Shown: positions 60,706 to 64,000 of the stretch, piece after piece
Position numbering within the stretch: the stretch's first letter is position 1
Layout of the letters: every line of letters starts with the position of its first letter
Assembly (NCBI GenBank): GCA_963737655.1
Contig: CAVTTN010000002.1
Location: 2,464,001-2,528,000 of the forward strand
Reading direction: 5' to 3'
From: an uncultured Planctomycetota bacterium
Lineage (GTDB): Bacteria; Planctomycetota; Planctomycetia; Isosphaerales; Isosphaeraceae
Length of the DNA stretch: 64,000 nt
Made by a program: the position numbers and the translations under genes
Notes under the pieces: generated by a model
Seen by the model: the letters and a program-made list of their open reading frames with translations, nothing else
Database searches by the model: none
What the model was told of the DNA's origin: nothing

Positions 60706-61489
60706 ATTGCGGGGCCCCGGGCGGTTGGCCTCGGAATTTGGCCCGGAAGCGGGCGTAGCGGTCGCTCATGGAGCCGGGGCCCTGGAGGATCGTGGTGAAA
60801 CGGTCGGCGGCCTGGGCGGTGACGTCGAGCTTCAGGGCGTCGAGCTCGGCGGTGAGGTGGGCTTCCCACGTCGGGATGACGGTTCGGGCCTCGGATTTCT
60901 CGACCCACGTCGGCTCGCCGAACCGGACGAACGCCTCGGGCCGCTCGTCCTGCCAGAATTCGAAGCGGAGGGCGGCGGTGACGATCCGGAGCCGCCCGGC
61001 CCTCTTCAGCAACGCCCGGAGGCCGGGCTGGAATCCCAGGGGGCGGACGTCGTTGCCCACCATCCGGCCCTGGGGGAAGATCCAGACGCCGGACCTCGGC
61101 GCCGAGAGCAGCTCCGAGGCGTAGTCCAGAGATTGCCGGACCGCCGCCGGGTCGGTCCGGTCCACCGAGAAGGCGCCGATCCGGCGGAAGAAGCCGAATC
61201 GGAGCATGTTGAAGTGCTCCATCATCCCGTAGCCATCGACGGGCACCGTCTCGTTCAGGAAATGGGCCAGGAACAGGTCCCACCAGCAGGAATGGTTGGC
61301 CAGGAACAGGACGCCCCCGGCTTCGGCGTCCAGGGCCGCCCTCAGCCGTTCGAGCCCCTGGGCCCGGACGCGGAAGAACCCGCCCCGGAGCTTGCCGACG
61401 ATCATCCGGTGGACGGCCACCCGCGGCCAGCCGTGCTTGTAGGCGGTCACGATCCGGGGGCTCGATCGGCGATCGGATTTTGATGACAT
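60704..61489 (-). CDS. Lysophospholipid/PlsC-type acyltransferase
   Basis: NHSCWWD, GAFSVDR and IFPQG motifs. Confidence 0.9.
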   Translation of the reverse strand: MSSKSDRRSSPRIVTAYKHGWPRVAVHRMIVGKLRGGFFRVRAQGLERLRAALDAEAGGVLFLANHSCWWDLFLAHFLNETVPVDGYGMMEHFNMLRFGFFRRIGAFSVDRTDPAAVRQSLDYASELLSAPRSGVWIFPQGRMVGNDVRPLGFQPGLRALLKRAGRLRIVTAALRFEFWQDERPEAFVRFGEPTWVEKSEARTVIPTWEAHLTAELDALKLDVTAQAADRFTTILQGPGSMSDRYARFRAKFRGQPPGAPQ

Positions 61490-61604
61490 GACGCCTCGGG
61501 ACAAGTAGTCTGGAGGACGATCCGGGGGCTCGGGGCGCCGACCGCCATGCCGACCCATCCTACCCGGGTCGCGAATTCCCAGGGACGCCTCCCGGAGCCG
61601 GTCG

Positions 61605-62090
61605 ATGTCGGATCATTTCCCCACGTTCAAGAGGATCGGCGACGTGACGCGGATTACCAGCGACGGCCGGGCCTGGTGGCTGCCTAGGTCGGAGCGCGGG
61701 TACTTGCGGCTCCTTCTGTACATGGCCTTGTTCCATGCGCTGGCATGCCACGTCGTCTTGCTATTCGCCGAGATGTCCGGTGGCTACGTCACGTATTTTG
61801 GTCAGCCGGGAAGGTTCGTGGAACCCTCGGGGGCGGCGTTCTACGCCCGGATCGTGTTCCTCGCCTACGGGCAACCTCCCTACCCGGGCTTCGTGGCGGT
61901 CGTTTGCCTGATCGCCCTGGTGTTCTCCAGCCGGTCGGCGGCCCGGTCGGCGAGGAGATCGCCCGGATCGGACCCCGCCACGACCGGACCGGCCCATGCA
62001 ACAGCCGTCCCCGAGGCCCCGGCCCGGCACCCCCTGGACCCGGACCCCGACGACCCGCCGATCCCGTCGTGGAACAAGCGTTCCTCGTAA
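61605..62090 (+). CDS. Hypothetical membrane protein
   Basis: GGAG RBS, two TM segments, HPLDPDP tail. Confidence 0.6.
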   Translation: MSDHFPTFKRIGDVTRITSDGRAWWLPRSERGYLRLLLYMALFHALACHVVLLFAEMSGGYVTYFGQPGRFVEPSGAAFYARIVFLAYGQPPYPGFVAVVCLIALVFSSRSAARSARRSPGSDPATTGPAHATAVPEAPARHPLDPDPDDPPIPSWNKRSS

Positions 62091-62209
62091 GTCGTCGCAA
62101 GAAACGCCGACGCCCGCGACCCTGGGGAGGGTCGCGGGCGGTCGGCGTCGCGATGAGGGACGATGACGAGCGGGTCATCGACCGGGGTGGTTCAGGTTCA
62201 GGCTCAGGT

Positions 62210-63736
62210 TCAGGCGGTGGCGGCGGAGTCCCAGGTCTCCCACTGGAAGCCGTCCACGGCGTCCAGAGGGTTGGCCGGGTCGAGCGTTGGTGAGGCCGAC
62301 AGCGAGCTGGGATTGGAAGCGGTCAAGAGAGTCCCCTGGAGAGAGCCGACCTTCGAGGCGTCCTGATCCTCGGTCCTGGCTCCCCCCGAGGAGTTATCTC
62401 CCATCGCCGAGGCCGTGGTGGCGATCGCGTCCGAGGTCTCCGTGACCACGGTGGCGGCGGGAGGATCGGCCGGGGTCGGAGGGGTCGGATTGGGCGTCGG
62501 CGTCGGCGTCGGGTCGGGCGGGGTGACGACCACCGGGGCCGGCGTGGGCGGAGCGACCATCACCGGGGCGGGCGGCGGAGGAGTCACCACGACCGGGGCC
62601 GGCGGGGGCGTCGGCGGAGTGACCACGACCACGACCGGGGCCGGGGTCGGCGTCGGCGGAGTGACCACGACCGGGACCGGCGGCGGGGTCGCCACGGCCG
62701 CGGCAACCGGGGCCGGCGGCGGGGTGACCACGACCGGGGCGGGGGTCGGGGTCGGCATCGGGGTGACCACGACCGGGGTCGAGGCCGGCGGGGCCACGGG
62801 CGTCCCGCCGTTGGGGTCGAGCGGGCCGGTCAGGACGAAGTCGGCCTCGACGTTCTGGCCGCCGATCGTGACGCTCTGCGGGTTGTACAGCCGGCCGTTC
62901 TGCAGGATGGCGACCGTGTAATGGCCCGGGGCCAGGGCGACCTGGTAGCCCCCGGCGTCCCAGGTCCGCACGTCCTGGACCTTGCCGGAGTCGTCGGTGA
63001 TCCGCAGGGTCAGGTTGCCGACCCCTTCGCCGTCGTGATAGAGGCCGTCCCCGGCGTTGTCGTTGAAGACCACGCCCACCAGCATCGGCTTGTCGTCGGT
63101 GCTGGAGCCGAAGACCTGGGTGACGATCTCGGGGCCGAGCGGCTTGGTGTTGGTCGGGGTGATCGAGAGGCCCAGGTCGTGGAAGGCCGGGTCATAGATG
63201 TTGTCCAGGTGCCCGTGGGTGTTCGGGTCGGGCTGGCCCCAGTCGTAGAGGAACGCCTCCATCGCGTTCTTCACGCCGGTGGCGTAGGCGAAGATGTTTT
63301 CACGAGTCTTGGTCGGGTGGGTGAAGCCCGGGGACTCGCTGGCGACCCTCTGGTCGAGGGTCTGGTGCATCTTGCCGCTGGCGTCGGGCGTGCTCGGGCC
63401 GTCGTGGGTCTGCTGGCCGATGCTGGAGAGGTAATTGCCCTGCCACGCCGCGGCGTTGGAGAGGTCCGAGCTGAAGCTCAACGGGGCCACGGCCGGCTCG
63501 TTCGAGACGCGATCGCCGGCCGCGGTGCGATCCATGCTGTCATTCTGGAGGGTCTTGGCCAGGACCGGGTCGGTGTCGGAGGTGATGATCTGGGCCGCCT
63601 TGGCCGGGTTGGTCCGGGCGAGGTTGGTCCAGGCCCAGAGTTCGGTCACCGCGCCGGAAGGCCCGGCCGTCATCACCTCGCGGGATTCGAGTCGTTCAAT
63701 CCTCAGGTTCGTCCGCAGGGTTGGCCGCCGGGCCAT
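62210..63736 (-). CDS. Extracellular CAP-domain protein with SdrD-B-like domain and Pro/Thr/Val-rich stalk
   Basis: LRIERLESREVM N-terminus; NLAR..P, ENI, GHLDNI, GVVFND..GDG.Y..GEG; VVVTPP repeats. Confidence 0.85.
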   Translation of the reverse strand: MARRPTLRTNLRIERLESREVMTAGPSGAVTELWAWTNLARTNPAKAAQIITSDTDPVLAKTLQNDSMDRTAAGDRVSNEPAVAPLSFSSDLSNAAAWQGNYLSSIGQQTHDGPSTPDASGKMHQTLDQRVASESPGFTHPTKTRENIFAYATGVKNAMEAFLYDWGQPDPNTHGHLDNIYDPAFHDLGLSITPTNTKPLGPEIVTQVFGSSTDDKPMLVGVVFNDNAGDGLYHDGEGVGNLTLRITDDSGKVQDVRTWDAGGYQVALAPGHYTVAILQNGRLYNPQSVTIGGQNVEADFVLTGPLDPNGGTPVAPPASTPVVVTPMPTPTPAPVVVTPPPAPVAAAVATPPPVPVVVTPPTPTPAPVVVVVTPPTPPPAPVVVTPPPPAPVMVAPPTPAPVVVTPPDPTPTPTPNPTPPTPADPPAATVVTETSDAIATTASAMGDNSSGGARTEDQDASKVGSLQGTLLTASNPSSLSASPTLDPANPLDAVDGFQWETWDSAATA

Positions 63737-64000
63737 AGGAACCTCCCTGTGTATCGCGACGATCGCCGGGGGGAGCATGGCGATCGGCTCGGTTCGAGTG
63801 GGGTCGAGGCGACCGGCCGGCTTCGGCCGGGGCGCCATCTTGGGTAGGGGCGGCATGCCGAGGGGCGGTGGAGCGTCGTGCAGCAGGTTCGTTCGGCGTG
63901 ACGGGCCGAGGAAAAAGCAACGGGCGTGCCGCGATTTCCCCTCTCCGCGAAATGATCTGCCCACGAGGCGCAAGTCGATGCGCCGCCCCCTCTAGAATTT

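Noticed and set aside
62415..62921. Gly/Val/Thr-rich plus-strand ORF
   Set aside because: It is the antisense of the Pro/Thr-rich stalk of the CAP protein.

Overview
GC-rich bacterial chromosomal window, most likely Planctomycetota (Isosphaeraceae-like). This is inferred from the C1-transfer cofactor genes, an LExRxL-type extracellular N-terminus, a DUF1080 protein and typical repeat families. Gene content, in order: a surface-glycan operon (three GT2, CDP-alcohol phosphotransferase, methyltransferase, deacetylase, GT4, GT9); methanofuran/methylofuran-type biosynthesis genes (mfnB plus kinase, hydantoinase-like, ATP-grasp and HisA-like genes); miaB-SMI1/KNR4-Uma2-glnE; malQ; two histidine kinases; nadA; glgB; an ABC pair; recA-thpR; a RluA-family synthase; panB; several membrane glycosyltransferases; CAP-domain proteins. 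I found no rRNA, tRNA, CRISPR-Cas or transposase. The most striking feature is a dense set of at least six families of REP/REPIN-like palindromes that interact with coding sequence. One 69-bp doublet sits codon-aligned inside a membrane glycosyltransferase, and two other genes carry in-frame palindromes whose variants avoid the consensus stop codon. Four genes use the GTAG foot of a REP as their stop codon, and a tandem REPIN array has amplified the 3' end of mfnB. Also present: two decayed toxin-antitoxin-like modules, a candidate structured leader before a DUF6580-like transporter-mfnB pair, and five single-base frameshifts that are probably sequencing errors. All family assignments are from motif recognition by eye, not database searches.
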